From NCBI GenBank assembly GCA_902774725.1, contig CACYJP010000007.1:1-58960 (forward strand): 58,960 nucleotides of DNA, read 5' to 3'. A program made the translations under genes and the position numbers. Shown here in pieces: positions 49,177 to 58,960 of this stretch. The notes below the pieces were generated by a model. The model saw nothing but the letters and a program-made list of their open reading frames with translations, did no database searches and had not been told where the DNA came from. This stretch comes from an uncultured Lachnospiraceae bacterium. Its GTDB lineage: Bacteria > Bacillota > Clostridia > Lachnospirales > Lachnospiraceae. The first letter of the stretch is position 1; every line of letters begins with the position of its first letter.

Positions 49177-49196
49177 TTTCTTTCCTTTATTTTATG

Positions 49197-49937
49197 TTAA
49201 CCAACAAATCTTTCAAATCCGTTTGCATTTATCTCATCAACCAGTGAAGCATCACCTGTCTCAACGATCTTACCATCAACAAGGATGTGTGTATAATCAA
49301 CCTTGAGAGCCTCAAGAATCCTTGTGCTGTGTGTGATTATGATAAGTGAGCCGTCCCCACTATCATGGAATGCTTTCACGCCGTCAGAAACTGTTCTTAC
49401 TGCATCTACGTCCAGTCCTGAATCTGTCTCGTCAAGAATAGCAAGATCAGGCTTCATCATAAGCATCTGAAGGATTTCTGCCTTCTTCTTTTCACCACCT
49501 GAAAATCCAACATTCAGGTCTCTGTCAGCATAAGACTTATCCATTCCAAGGAGCTCCATCTGTTTCTCGAGATTCTTACGGAAGTCCCAAAGCCTTGCTC
49601 TTGTTCCTGTCTTGGTATCTACTGCATTTCTGATAAAGTTTGAAAGTGAGATACCCGGAACCTCGATAGGGTTCTGGAACGAAAGAAAGATACCGGCCTT
49701 AGCTCTTTCAGCTGTTTCCTCATCGGTTATATCCTCTCCCTTGAAGATGATACTTCCTTTTCCTACCTCATAATTCGGATTGCCCATTATTGCATATCCG
49801 AGTGTAGACTTACCGGCACCATTAGGTCCCATTATGACATGTGTTTCTCCGGGACCGACTTCAAGATTGATACCATGAAGTATCTCAGTCTCAGCAACAC
49901 TTACATGTAAATCGTTTACCTTTAATAATTCTGCCAC
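49197..49937 (-). CDS. sufC: Fe-S cluster assembly ATPase SufC (probable GTG start after RBS GGAGGA)
   Basis: GPNGAGKST, GFSGGEKKK, LDETDSGLD. Confidence 0.95.
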   Translation of the reverse strand: MAELLKVNDLHVSVAETEILHGINLEVGPGETHVIMGPNGAGKSTLGYAIMGNPNYEVGKGSIIFKGEDITDEETAERAKAGIFLSFQNPIEVPGISLSNFIRNAVDTKTGTRARLWDFRKNLEKQMELLGMDKSYADRDLNVGFSGGEKKKAEILQMLMMKPDLAILDETDSGLDVDAVRTVSDGVKAFHDSGDGSLIIITHSTRILEALKVDYTHILVDGKIVETGDASLVDEINANGFERFVG

Positions 49938-49964
49938 AACATGTTCCTCCATTTTATTCTTTAG

Positions 49965-50054
49965 ACATGATTAATTAATCATGTATTACCTAGGGTTCAG
50001 ATGGGTTAAAAACACCATCTAATCAGTATACTTGATAAACCTAACAAAATCAAG
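49965..50054 (-). promoter_or_regulatory. suf promoter TTGATT-17-TATACT (50025-50053) with overlapping CTTGAT/ATCAAG inverted repeat, and a 20-bp perfect palindrome in the leader
   Basis: ACATGATTAATTAATCATGT at 49965-49984; hexamers read directly. Confidence 0.55.
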
Positions 50055-50125
50055 CAACCACAAGCAAAAATAAACCTTTTAAAATGTATCAAAAAAGCCG
50101 CATAAGCAAGTTCACTTCTGCAGCT

Positions 50126-51049
50126 CTAAAAACAAAGTATACTCTCAGCATTCTTGTGATATATATTCTCTAATGCTTCCTCTCCTGAAGCACCGAACTT
50201 TTCATTTATAATTCTTCCAACCCTGTCCACATAATCCTTCTGATCTGCCCATGGACTATCAGTTGCAAAAAGAATTCTATCTGTTCCAAAGGCTTCTACC
50301 ATTAGTCCAAAATATTCATCTGACATCTGATGATAATCTCTGTGAGAGTCAGCGTCAAGCCAGCTGATCTCACCAATCGAAAATGCAGTGTCCAGGAAGA
50401 CACCCTTCGAAGAATCAACTATCTGTCCGGATAATGCCTCATTATACTCTCTCACAACCGGTGCAAGTCTCTCAGTAACCTCTTCCCAGTTCATCCAGCC
50501 ACCCATATGGGCAAGAACTAGAGTTTCAGGCTTAACATCCTTAAGAACATCAATAATTGAATCAATCGTACAGCATATAGGTGGATAAAGTCCTATATCC
50601 ATACCTGCATGAGTTATAACAAAAAGTCCCAGTTCAGAAGCTATATCTATTATCCTCTTCATCCTGATGTCATTAAACATCACTCCGTAATAATCAGGAT
50701 GAAGCTTGATTCCCTTTAGTCCGAGGTTCTTAACCTCCTTCAGAACATTTTTAATATTTGGCGTTTCAGGATGTATACCACCTATCGAAAACAGTCCCTT
50801 CTTGCAGCCGGCTTCTAAAAACGTCTCATTCACCCGCGCCGCATAGGTGTTCATCGAATAAGCCTTATCCGGATTTGTAACAACCGGCAGTATAACGGAT
50901 ATATCAACACCGGCGCGCTCCATAGATTCAAGAAGACCTCTGTTCGTACCATCTGTATGTGCCCTGGTTTCGCTGGAATTTTCCAGTGACTCAAGTGCCG
51001 ATTCTGCAATTTTATCCGGAAATGTATGTGTGTGAAAATCTATTATCAT
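50126..51049 (-). CDS. Amidohydrolase family protein (Amidohydro_2)
   Basis: IDFHTH, GIKLHP, HAG, LAHMGG, LFATDSPW. Confidence 0.9.
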   Translation of the reverse strand: MIIDFHTHTFPDKIAESALESLENSSETRAHTDGTNRGLLESMERAGVDISVILPVVTNPDKAYSMNTYAARVNETFLEAGCKKGLFSIGGIHPETPNIKNVLKEVKNLGLKGIKLHPDYYGVMFNDIRMKRIIDIASELGLFVITHAGMDIGLYPPICCTIDSIIDVLKDVKPETLVLAHMGGWMNWEEVTERLAPVVREYNEALSGQIVDSSKGVFLDTAFSIGEISWLDADSHRDYHQMSDEYFGLMVEAFGTDRILFATDSPWADQKDYVDRVGRIINEKFGASGEEALENIYHKNAESILCF

Positions 51050-52782
51050 AGCTTTATAAGATTAGTTTTTATTCCCTTTGCTTTAAACATTGATTCCATA
51101 CCCCAGTCATCTGTAAGTATGATAACCTGCTCCTCATTCATATCATTCAGACAATCCGCCAGAGCCTTAACCTCAGATGCACTCTCAAGCATAGAAGTTC
51201 CATCAATAATAAGCGGAAGGCTTTCCTTTGCCATATACTTAGCTATACTGAGCCTTACAGCCAGATAAACCTTACCGGCATCAACATCCGAAAGATTCTC
51301 AATAGGAACAAGGCCGTAGTCAGTCTTAAGTATCAGTCTTCCGAGATCATCAAACATCAGAGAATTAAATCTGTTGTCTGAAATACTGCTTATGTACCTT
51401 GATACATTTCCAAGCAGATTATGGAATGCATCCTTTCTGAAAGATTCAGAAAGTGCATTTATCTTCTTGATGGCAAGATCAATTGCGTTAATCTCTTCCT
51501 CAAGCTCACTCTTCTTCTTGAAAACAGTATCGAATTCATGACGAAGCTTATTTCTCTCATTTCTTCTTGTAAGAAGAGCATCTTCCTTTTCTTTAAGCTC
51601 AGCCTTCTTTTCCTGATACTCCTTGGCAAAGTCCATGTCGATTTCAATTTCTTCCTGTTCCTTCGCCTCTTCCTTGAGTTCCTCGAGAACACGCTTGAAC
51701 TCTTCCTCATCCGGGGTATCACCACCCGACGACTGCGAATCGAAATATCCCTTTGCTTTAAATCCATCAAGTGTAGTAAGGATAACAAAAAGAGCTGTAA
51801 AAATAATGAAAAGACTCTTTATTACGGGCTCGAAATCCAAAATATTTACTATAACGCCTATAACAAATATAACAAAAAGTCCTGTTGCGATAATGACAGG
51901 TATCCTGTCTGTGAACTTGATGTCCTTCTTTTCCTTCTTCTTTTTTTCCTTTTCTTCCTTTTCGAGCTCTTCAACCTTTTTATCAGTTGAGCTTTTTCCC
52001 TGAACCTTATCAGAGATCATATCGATTTTTTCAATAAGCTCTTCATTTTCCTCAAATGTAACAGTTCCGTCTTCGTTTTCGACCATCTGCCTTGCCTCAC
52101 GCTTACGACGCTCAGCCTCGATAACGAATTCCTCATTGACCTTCTTTATCTCATTCTCAACCGCCTCTATATCTTCATCGACAGTCTCGTAATCAGCAAG
52201 CTTTTTATCAAGCTCATCAAGTCTTCTTATAAGAGGTCTCGGAACATGTGACTTCTTTTCTTTTTCCAGATACTCTATAGCCTTAGCCTTGTTTATATTA
52301 GCCGTACCTGTAAGAGATATGTTAGTAAGATATTCCTGAAGTCCCTCTATGCTGTTTGATGTATTTTCAACTATACATCTGGTATCAAGAAATGTATTCT
52401 TATCGGTATCTATGATAGTACCTGAAAGAGTATCCTGATACTTGAGATTTACCTCACGTCCGGACTGCACATCAAGAACAGAAGCCTTCTTTGCTCCTGC
52501 AAGGAATGAACGATCAACGAGATATGTCTTCTCATCGTCCTTTATATACGCAGTTCCCGAATACCCGGTACTATTCTCCGGCTTTCTCAGCTCATAATTT
52601 GAACCAACCTTGGTTATTCCGTCTCTTCTTGGAATACCATAAATGAGTCCCACTAAAAAGTCTCTGACAGTTGATTTTCCTGCGCCTTCTTCTCCGTACA
52701 GGATATTAACACCCGGCTCAAGATCCATGCTCTTGTTATGAAATTTTCCAAAGTCTCTGATTAAGAGTTTTGTAAGATGCAT
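51046..52782 (-). CDS. YhaN/SbcC-like SMC-type ATPase with two internal TMs and degenerate C-terminal ATPase motifs
   Basis: IRDFGKF, GEEGAGKST, coiled coils, LS....YLAVRL, LPLIIDG, QVIILT. Confidence 0.82.
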   Translation of the reverse strand: MHLTKLLIRDFGKFHNKSMDLEPGVNILYGEEGAGKSTVRDFLVGLIYGIPRRDGITKVGSNYELRKPENSTGYSGTAYIKDDEKTYLVDRSFLAGAKKASVLDVQSGREVNLKYQDTLSGTIIDTDKNTFLDTRCIVENTSNSIEGLQEYLTNISLTGTANINKAKAIEYLEKEKKSHVPRPLIRRLDELDKKLADYETVDEDIEAVENEIKKVNEEFVIEAERRKREARQMVENEDGTVTFEENEELIEKIDMISDKVQGKSSTDKKVEELEKEEKEKKKKEKKDIKFTDRIPVIIATGLFVIFVIGVIVNILDFEPVIKSLFIIFTALFVILTTLDGFKAKGYFDSQSSGGDTPDEEEFKRVLEELKEEAKEQEEIEIDMDFAKEYQEKKAELKEKEDALLTRRNERNKLRHEFDTVFKKKSELEEEINAIDLAIKKINALSESFRKDAFHNLLGNVSRYISSISDNRFNSLMFDDLGRLILKTDYGLVPIENLSDVDAGKVYLAVRLSIAKYMAKESLPLIIDGTSMLESASEVKALADCLNDMNEEQVIILTDDWGMESMFKAKGIKTNLIKL

Positions 52783-53847
52783 TTATTCTTTCTCTCCCGC
52801 CATGATCAAGGCTTCCATACCATATCTCAGAGCCTTGCTTCGAACTCCTTCATTTACAGTGTACGCTTCACTTATCTCCCTGATGAAGTTTCCCATCATA
52901 TTGGTCTCATTTTCCACACGAAGCATTTTTTCATCCTCGCTTGAAATAGTCATATTTACTATCTCGTATATGTTATATCTCTCGTGTATTCTTGTCAGAT
53001 CAAAGTCTATATCACGATTTGCAAAGCCTCTGAAAATGATTCTGTAAATGTTTTCATTTCCGAGCTTCATCATCTTTTCATCAAGCTTATTTACCACTTC
53101 TCTACCATCGAGCTCAGGCTTCATTGTAATACTTATATCTACATAATTACGTCTGGCTATCGGGCACCACTCGATCTCAGTTCCCTCGCTGGTTATCTCT
53201 CCGATAACATAACCATGACGTCCGGTTTCCTTCGGTCCGAGAGGTTCAGGCGATCCGGCATAAGCCATTCTGTTCTTCAGGATGTGAAGAGGCTTACGGA
53301 TGTAGCCCATTGCTACGTAGTCATATCCCTTCGCAGCAAGCTTCTCTTTTCTGAAAGGCATGTGGTCATTATCTCCACCATGACCGATAAGGATATTTAT
53401 CGCATCCTTTCTTCCGGGATCGATCTGCTCCAATATCCTTTCTCTGTACTGAGACTTACCATAGCTGTAACCGGTTACACAGGTGTTTATGCCTCGAAGA
53501 TAAGCATTTGTAGTCTTTTCCGGAGGAAGCATAACTGTACGTGATCTGAACTTATAAGCCTCACTCTCAGAACCCGGAGTTATATAATCGTCACAGCCAA
53601 GCAGAATCACTGTCCTCGTCTTTTCAAGACGCATCAGCTTGTCATCAACAAAAATAAGGTCCTCAACAGATGGTGACCTGTCAAAGAGATTTCCGGCAAT
53701 AAGAAGAAGGTCTATATCCTTTTTATTACAATCATCTATAATAACCTCAAAGGTTTCCTCTATTTCCTTTGTTCTGTTTTCTCCCCATTCAAACTCAGCA
53801 TCCGGGGTCGCAAAAAGATGTACGTCGGCTGTATGAATAAACTTCAT
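52783..53847 (-). CDS. YhaO/SbcD(Mre11)-like metallophosphoesterase with degenerate metal ligands (start reassigned to MKFIH)
   Basis: HTADVH, AGNLFD, GCDD, MGYIR, YAGSPE..ETG. Confidence 0.85.
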   Translation of the reverse strand: MKFIHTADVHLFATPDAEFEWGENRTKEIEETFEVIIDDCNKKDIDLLLIAGNLFDRSPSVEDLIFVDDKLMRLEKTRTVILLGCDDYITPGSESEAYKFRSRTVMLPPEKTTNAYLRGINTCVTGYSYGKSQYRERILEQIDPGRKDAINILIGHGGDNDHMPFRKEKLAAKGYDYVAMGYIRKPLHILKNRMAYAGSPEPLGPKETGRHGYVIGEITSEGTEIEWCPIARRNYVDISITMKPELDGREVVNKLDEKMMKLGNENIYRIIFRGFANRDIDFDLTRIHERYNIYEIVNMTISSEDEKMLRVENETNMMGNFIREISEAYTVNEGVRSKALRYGMEALIMAGEKE

Positions 53848-53909
53848 ATTCTTAGCCCTCCACCCTGTGTATTCTATAAAATATATGGCACTATGCCACA
53901 ATCCAATTA

Positions 53910-53938
53910 ATTATACTCGGATTTTGCAAATAATGCAA
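53910..53938 (-). promoter_or_regulatory. Sigma-A promoter TTGCAT-17-TATAAT
   Basis: Near-consensus hexamers, 17-bp spacer. Confidence 0.65.
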
Positions 53939-53972
53939 ATAATCTGTCATTGAACCGGACTGTCTGCCTCGT

Positions 53973-56843
53973 CTAATCCACTGACTTAAGCGATTCAATC
54001 ATGTTGATATTTCTCAGCTTGATAAATGTAACTATCATCATTATCATCGTAAATAAAAGTGCAAATCCACTCGCAAACATATAGCTTGCTATCTTTATAT
54101 GTCTTACAAAAACAAAATTATCCACTCCTATGATGCTGAGTACAACACCATGAAGATACGGTGTTATCGCCAAACCTATTATAATTCCGATGATGCTGCT
54201 TATAATGGTCTCGCGGTATATATAATTATTAGTTTCGACCGGTGTGAAACCGAGCACCTTGAGCGTTGCTATCTCACGTGTTCTTTCACTGATACTTATT
54301 GAAATAAGATTGTATATAACCGTAAAAGCAAGAAGTGACGCGATAACAACGAGAAGCGCTACTATGCTGTCCAGTCCCTTTATCGCTTCATTAGACTTGT
54401 CCTTTACTTTTTCGGCTATACTTACATTTACAAAGCTGTCTATATCATAAAGCTTTTTGGAAAGTGCATCCGGATCAGTGATCCCTGCCTTTGAAACCAC
54501 GGTATTGTACATAACACCACGTCTAAAGGTTCCCCTGTAAAGATCCTCCGACATATAAACATAATTAGAAACATAGTTCTCGTTTATTGCACTGATCTTT
54601 ACGGTGAATTTTTCTTCATCAGCATTTTTAAGAACAAGCTCATCACCTATTTTAAGTCCAAGCCTATATGCTATCCTCGGAGAAATAATAACTCCGTCAT
54701 CCCCAAGGGTGAGCTTCTCGCCCTTCTTATACTCCTTCTTATACTGACTTCCGATATCGCGCGGATCGGCAGCTCTGAGAGTAAAGTATTCACTGAATCT
54801 TTCACTCTTCTGATCCGGCACCAGCAGATAAACATCCACCCTGGTCTCATCACTTTCAATCTGAAGATTCTCCTGCCTCATCATAAGCGGATCAACAAGA
54901 AGCTTGTCCAGCTCAGTATCGCCGCTCTCTATCTTATCAAAGCCTGTTACAGAGGTATCCATCACCGCCATAACATCATAATGAACTATTTCATTAAACT
55001 GCTTATCTCCGATAACACTGATAGAGTCTCTAAGTGCAAAGCCAATAAGCATGAGAAATGTACAACCGCCGATTCCAATCACTGTCATGATGACTCTTCT
55101 TTTATAACGGAATATATTTCTAATTGTTATCTTCCATGAAAATGAAAGATGACTCCATATCGGAGTGATTTTTTCAAGTGCAAGCTTCTTTCCTTTTTTA
55201 GGCGGAACAGGTCTGAGAAGATAAGCAGGTTTTCTTCTCAACTCCATCATACAGCTGTACACTGTGACTCCGGTCATAACGATGAGCGAAACGGCAAGCG
55301 ACCCTGCTATCATTTTCCAGTCAACCATATAGCTGATATCAGGCAGATGCAGTGGGAAGCAGCCGTAGACAAATCCCGGCAGCAGCCATACTCCCAGGAA
55401 ATAACCTCCAAACACACCTATAAATGTAGCAAGAAGAACATATATCATGTAGCTTCCGATTATTCTCAGATTGGAGTATCCAAGTGAGGTCAGTGTTCCC
55501 ATCTCACCTCTTTCCTCGGAAATCATTCTGGACATAGTATTTGATGTCATCAGAATAACAATAACGATAAAGAAAAGAGGGATGATATCCGCTATTCCTT
55601 CTACCTCTTTATACTGATCACGAAGAGTTTTATAAGTGGCCATTTCGTCAGTTCTGGTGTTTATATACCATTTGCACTCAGGAACCTCTATCTCTTCAAT
55701 CACCTGATCCTTAGCTTCGTCCATGGCTTCTGCCATAGCCTCATCTATCTCATCATCGACCATTACCGCTATTTCAGCCTCATCGATTGGAGCAAACAAA
55801 GCCTTGGCCGGTTCCGAAAGAGTTTCTATCAGGAGATCAAGCCCAATTCCAAGCTTTGCAGCCTTTTCCTTAAGCTTAGCCTTCTGTCTTTCTCTTTCAT
55901 CCTCAACCTCTTTAGTGATACGATCCTCGAGTTCCTTTCGAACCTCCTTACGTATCTCTTCTCTTCTCTTTTCTACCTCAGTATAAGCAGCCTGTCTGGC
56001 CCTCTCAAAAACCTCTTTTTCTCTGGCCTCCTGTCTTGTAACCTTCAGCTTATCAAGCTGTTTTTTTATTTCATCAACCTTTTTATCATATGACTTCGAA
56101 TAAGGAACATCCCTCTCAGTCTTTTTTATTGTAAGGTAAATGTCCGAATAAGCATCCATGTTGAAACAGTCTTTATCAACAAGGATGTATGACTTCAGCA
56201 CTCCGTTTCCTATGCTTACGCTGCCATAATCCTCTCCCATATAAAGAGGGCTGACTACAGTTCCGACTACCTTGTATTTATGTATCTTTAGTATTCCATC
56301 CGACTCCTCTTCATGAGCATCACCGTCGGTCGCAGTGTCAGCTTCCGACTCAGATGCTTCCGCCTCAGATACTTCAGACTCAGATACTTCAGACTCAGAT
56401 ACTTCTGCCTCTTCTCCTTCCGGCTCTCGAACAGTGATAACATCTCCAACCTTATAAAAGGATGCATCTGCCAGACACTCATCATCCGTAACAGGTCTGG
56501 TGCCATCCTTTAGCTTTGTTCTGTTTATGTTATTATCTATAGAAAGAACACGCAAAACATCCTCATCATCGTAAACATACGTGCTATAGCCTGCTGTCAC
56601 CTTGTCCGTCAATTTGAGTTTTTCCAGTTCACTTATATCCTCATCTGTAAATCCCAGAGTGCTCATCAGATGGATATCCATAAGATTGGTATTCTTCGTA
56701 AATGTATTTTGGACATCACGAATAGCAGGTATAGATTGACGTATACCTGCATAAAACCCTACTCCGATAAGAATTATTGCTATAAGTGAAGCAAATCTAC
56801 CGAATGAATGTTTGATTTTTTTCAGCGTGTTTCTGGTTAACAT
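53973..56843 (-). CDS. ABC transporter permease (double FtsX/MacB-type)
   Basis: MSRMISEERGEMGTL..LGY and ERTREIATLKVLGF; two 4-TM modules; coiled-coil extracellular domain. Confidence 0.92.
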   Translation of the reverse strand: MLTRNTLKKIKHSFGRFASLIAIILIGVGFYAGIRQSIPAIRDVQNTFTKNTNLMDIHLMSTLGFTDEDISELEKLKLTDKVTAGYSTYVYDDEDVLRVLSIDNNINRTKLKDGTRPVTDDECLADASFYKVGDVITVREPEGEEAEVSESEVSESEVSEAEASESEADTATDGDAHEEESDGILKIHKYKVVGTVVSPLYMGEDYGSVSIGNGVLKSYILVDKDCFNMDAYSDIYLTIKKTERDVPYSKSYDKKVDEIKKQLDKLKVTRQEAREKEVFERARQAAYTEVEKRREEIRKEVRKELEDRITKEVEDERERQKAKLKEKAAKLGIGLDLLIETLSEPAKALFAPIDEAEIAVMVDDEIDEAMAEAMDEAKDQVIEEIEVPECKWYINTRTDEMATYKTLRDQYKEVEGIADIIPLFFIVIVILMTSNTMSRMISEERGEMGTLTSLGYSNLRIIGSYMIYVLLATFIGVFGGYFLGVWLLPGFVYGCFPLHLPDISYMVDWKMIAGSLAVSLIVMTGVTVYSCMMELRRKPAYLLRPVPPKKGKKLALEKITPIWSHLSFSWKITIRNIFRYKRRVIMTVIGIGGCTFLMLIGFALRDSISVIGDKQFNEIVHYDVMAVMDTSVTGFDKIESGDTELDKLLVDPLMMRQENLQIESDETRVDVYLLVPDQKSERFSEYFTLRAADPRDIGSQYKKEYKKGEKLTLGDDGVIISPRIAYRLGLKIGDELVLKNADEEKFTVKISAINENYVSNYVYMSEDLYRGTFRRGVMYNTVVSKAGITDPDALSKKLYDIDSFVNVSIAEKVKDKSNEAIKGLDSIVALLVVIASLLAFTVIYNLISISISERTREIATLKVLGFTPVETNNYIYRETIISSIIGIIIGLAITPYLHGVVLSIIGVDNFVFVRHIKIASYMFASGFALLFTMIMMIVTFIKLRNINMIESLKSVD
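56341..56415. repeat. 15-bp coding tandem repeat, five copies (SE(S/A)E(V/A) units)
   Basis: (g/a)cttc(c/a)g(a/c)ctcagat units at 56341, 56356, 56371, 56386, 56401. Confidence 0.8.
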
Positions 56844-56876
56844 AACTATATCACCAAAGAATATCCGTTTTTATGA

Positions 56877-57575
56877 TCACCAGTCAAGGTCATCAGGATT
56901 CATCGGATTCTCATTTATCTTTATCTTATCCACCCTGCCGTTTTTGATTTTAATTACCTTATCACAAACAGATGCAATATCTGTATTATGAGTGACGATA
57001 ACAGTTGTCACTCCTCTGTTTTTGCAGGTATCCACAAGAAGTCTGATTATCTTCTTTCCTGTTTCAGAATCAAGTGCTCCGGTAGGTTCATCACATAGAA
57101 GTATCTTAGGATTTTTAGCAATAGCTCTGGCTATGGCAACTCTCTGCTGCTCGCCACCTGAAAGCTGACTTGGAAAGCTGTCGAGTCGTTTTTTCAGTCC
57201 GACCTCAATCATAACCTCCACGGGTTCAAATGCATCCTTACACAGCTGACAGGCAAGTTCTACATTTTCAAGAGCTGTAAGATTCGCTACAAGATTATAG
57301 AACTGAAATACAAAGCCTATATCATGGCGGCGATACTGGATGAGCGCGCGGTTCTTCATCGATGATATCTTCTTTCCATCAACGATTATTTTTCCGCCCG
57401 TCGAACTATCCATGCCTCCGAGCATGTTAAGAATAGTAGTTTTTCCGGCACCACTCTGGCCAAGAATAGCTACCATCTCACCCTCTTCTATCTCGAAGGA
57501 GCATTCACTTACGGCAAGGACATTCACCTCACCACGATATTCCTTTTCCACATTGTCAAATACTATATATGACAT
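56877..57575 (-). CDS. ABC transporter ATP-binding protein (MacB/LolD-type)
   Basis: [36 protein letters not shown]. Confidence 0.95.
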   Translation of the reverse strand: MSYIVFDNVEKEYRGEVNVLAVSECSFEIEEGEMVAILGQSGAGKTTILNMLGGMDSSTGGKIIVDGKKISSMKNRALIQYRRHDIGFVFQFYNLVANLTALENVELACQLCKDAFEPVEVMIEVGLKKRLDSFPSQLSGGEQQRVAIARAIAKNPKILLCDEPTGALDSETGKKIIRLLVDTCKNRGVTTVIVTHNTDIASVCDKVIKIKNGRVDKIKINENPMNPDDLDW

Positions 57576-57625
57576 ATTAGTTCCTCACTAGTGTTTACTA
57601 TTTATCTAAATATTACGCCAGGATG

Positions 57626-58924
57626 TTATGTAAACTTATATGCTATCTTTCCATTACAGATCGTGTAGTGCACCTTGCCCGGAAGAGTCCAGCCTGTAAA
57701 TGGACTATTCTCAGCCTTTGAAGCGTAGTCCCCTACAACCCATTCTTCATTTTCACCGAATATAACTATATCTGCCGGAGCACCAACCTTGAAGCTTCCC
57801 GGAATCATTCGATAAAGCTCCGCAGGATTTTTGCTCATGAGTTCCATTAGTTTACATAATGTTATGTGTCCCGGTTGAACAAGTTCCTTTATTCCAAGTC
57901 CGAGAGATGTCTCAAGTCCGATAATTCCGCTCGGAGCCTTCGCCAGCTCACGCTCCTTTTCTTCCTTTGAATGCGGTGCATGGTCCGTTACGATTATATC
58001 TATCGTTCCATCCTTTATTCCTTCTATTATAGCCTGTCGGTCAGACTCCTCTCTGACAGGCGGATTCATTCTTGCATTTGTTCCGTACTTAAGCACTGCT
58101 TCCTCAGTAAGTGTAAAATGGTGAGGAGTTGCCTCAGCATGTATATCTCCCCCCAGCTTCTTTCCCGCTCTCACAAACTCTACACTGTTTCTTGAGCTAA
58201 TATGCTGAATTACAAGCGTTGCTCCTGTCTCTACTGCCATCGCAACATCTCTTGCCACCATAACATCCTCGGCTGTTCTTGAGGCTCCACCGTAGCCAAG
58301 CTGCTCTGAAACCTTACCCATATTTACACCCGGCTGTATCACGAAAAGCGGATCCTCCTCGTGAAGGCTCACCGGAAGATCAAGCTCCTTCGCCTTCATC
58401 ATCGCATGATAAAGCACCTCTTCACTCATAATCGGAAGACCATCATCCGTAAAGCCTGCAGCCCCCGCATCAGCCAGTGTTTCCATATCCACCAGCTCTT
58501 TTCCTTCCATCCCCTTCGTTACCGTAGCAGTCTGAAGAACATGAATAGGAGTTTTCTCTCCCTTCTCCTGGATATACGAAAGAGTTTCTACATTATCCAC
58601 AACCGGTTTGGTATTTGCCATACAAACAACCGTTGTAAAACCGCCCCTTGCAGCTGCAGCCGCTCCGGTATCGATATCCTCCTTATAAGTAAATCCCGGA
58701 TCCCTGAAGTGGACATGAGTATCAACTAAACCGGGTGCAACAACAAGCCCTGTCGCATCTATCACCTCTATATCAGAATCCGACACATCATACTTAGCCT
58801 TTACATCCTCTATGTCGAGATCACTTCCTGCTCCCACAACCATTCCGTCATGAAGAGCTACATCTCCAACCTCATCCATCCCCGTTACCGGATCAACAAT
58901 TCTACCATTCGTTATATATAACAT
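57626..58924 (-). CDS. pyrC: Dihydroorotase (probable start MLYIT after RBS GGAGG)
   Basis: DTHVHFRDPG, MANTKP, FTDDG, HEED, MNPP, TDHAPH, NSPF. Confidence 0.94.
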   Translation of the reverse strand: MLYITNGRIVDPVTGMDEVGDVALHDGMVVGAGSDLDIEDVKAKYDVSDSDIEVIDATGLVVAPGLVDTHVHFRDPGFTYKEDIDTGAAAAARGGFTTVVCMANTKPVVDNVETLSYIQEKGEKTPIHVLQTATVTKGMEGKELVDMETLADAGAAGFTDDGLPIMSEEVLYHAMMKAKELDLPVSLHEEDPLFVIQPGVNMGKVSEQLGYGGASRTAEDVMVARDVAMAVETGATLVIQHISSRNSVEFVRAGKKLGGDIHAEATPHHFTLTEEAVLKYGTNARMNPPVREESDRQAIIEGIKDGTIDIIVTDHAPHSKEEKERELAKAPSGIIGLETSLGLGIKELVQPGHITLCKLMELMSKNPAELYRMIPGSFKVGAPADIVIFGENEEWVVGDYASKAENSPFTGWTLPGKVHYTICNGKIAYKFT

Positions 58925-58960
58925 TTCAGCCTCCAAAAAAATAAGTCAATGGGGACGGTT

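Noticed and set aside
949-58729. Numerous 60-190 aa antisense or alternate-frame ORFs in the ORF track
   Set aside because: All overlap well-supported genes and lack RBS or recognisable motifs

Overview
Chromosomal segment of a low-GC Firmicute, most like a Lachnospiraceae (Eubacterium/Butyrivibrio type; this assignment is an inference from gene content). Almost all genes are on the minus strand. From left to right it contains: a small double-glycine-leader/zinc-ribbon peptide gene; a membrane protein plus SBP-vWA pair; a sugar transferase and two GT2 genes; a lipid kinase; a preQ0 cluster (queD-queE-folE-queC) behind thrC; a 3D-domain/OatA-like SGNH fusion; and an LTA-synthase-family protein. 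Next is a ~19.5 kb type IV filament locus with two giant pilins (2268 and ~1111 aa), three minor pilins, a stand-alone PilD N-domain, PilC, PilMN, PilO, an MshEN-PilB and a major pilin, but no PilT. After it come an HTH-MNT/HEPN toxin-antitoxin with a 32-bp phased operator array, a guaB frameshifted by an 11-bp duplication, a degenerate MTAN lipoprotein, pgeF, the sufCBDSU operon, a degenerate SbcD/YhaN-like pair, an ABC transporter and pyrC. The best candidate for an under-described system is the giant-pilin adhesion filament. All calls come from motif reading by eye; no database searches were run.
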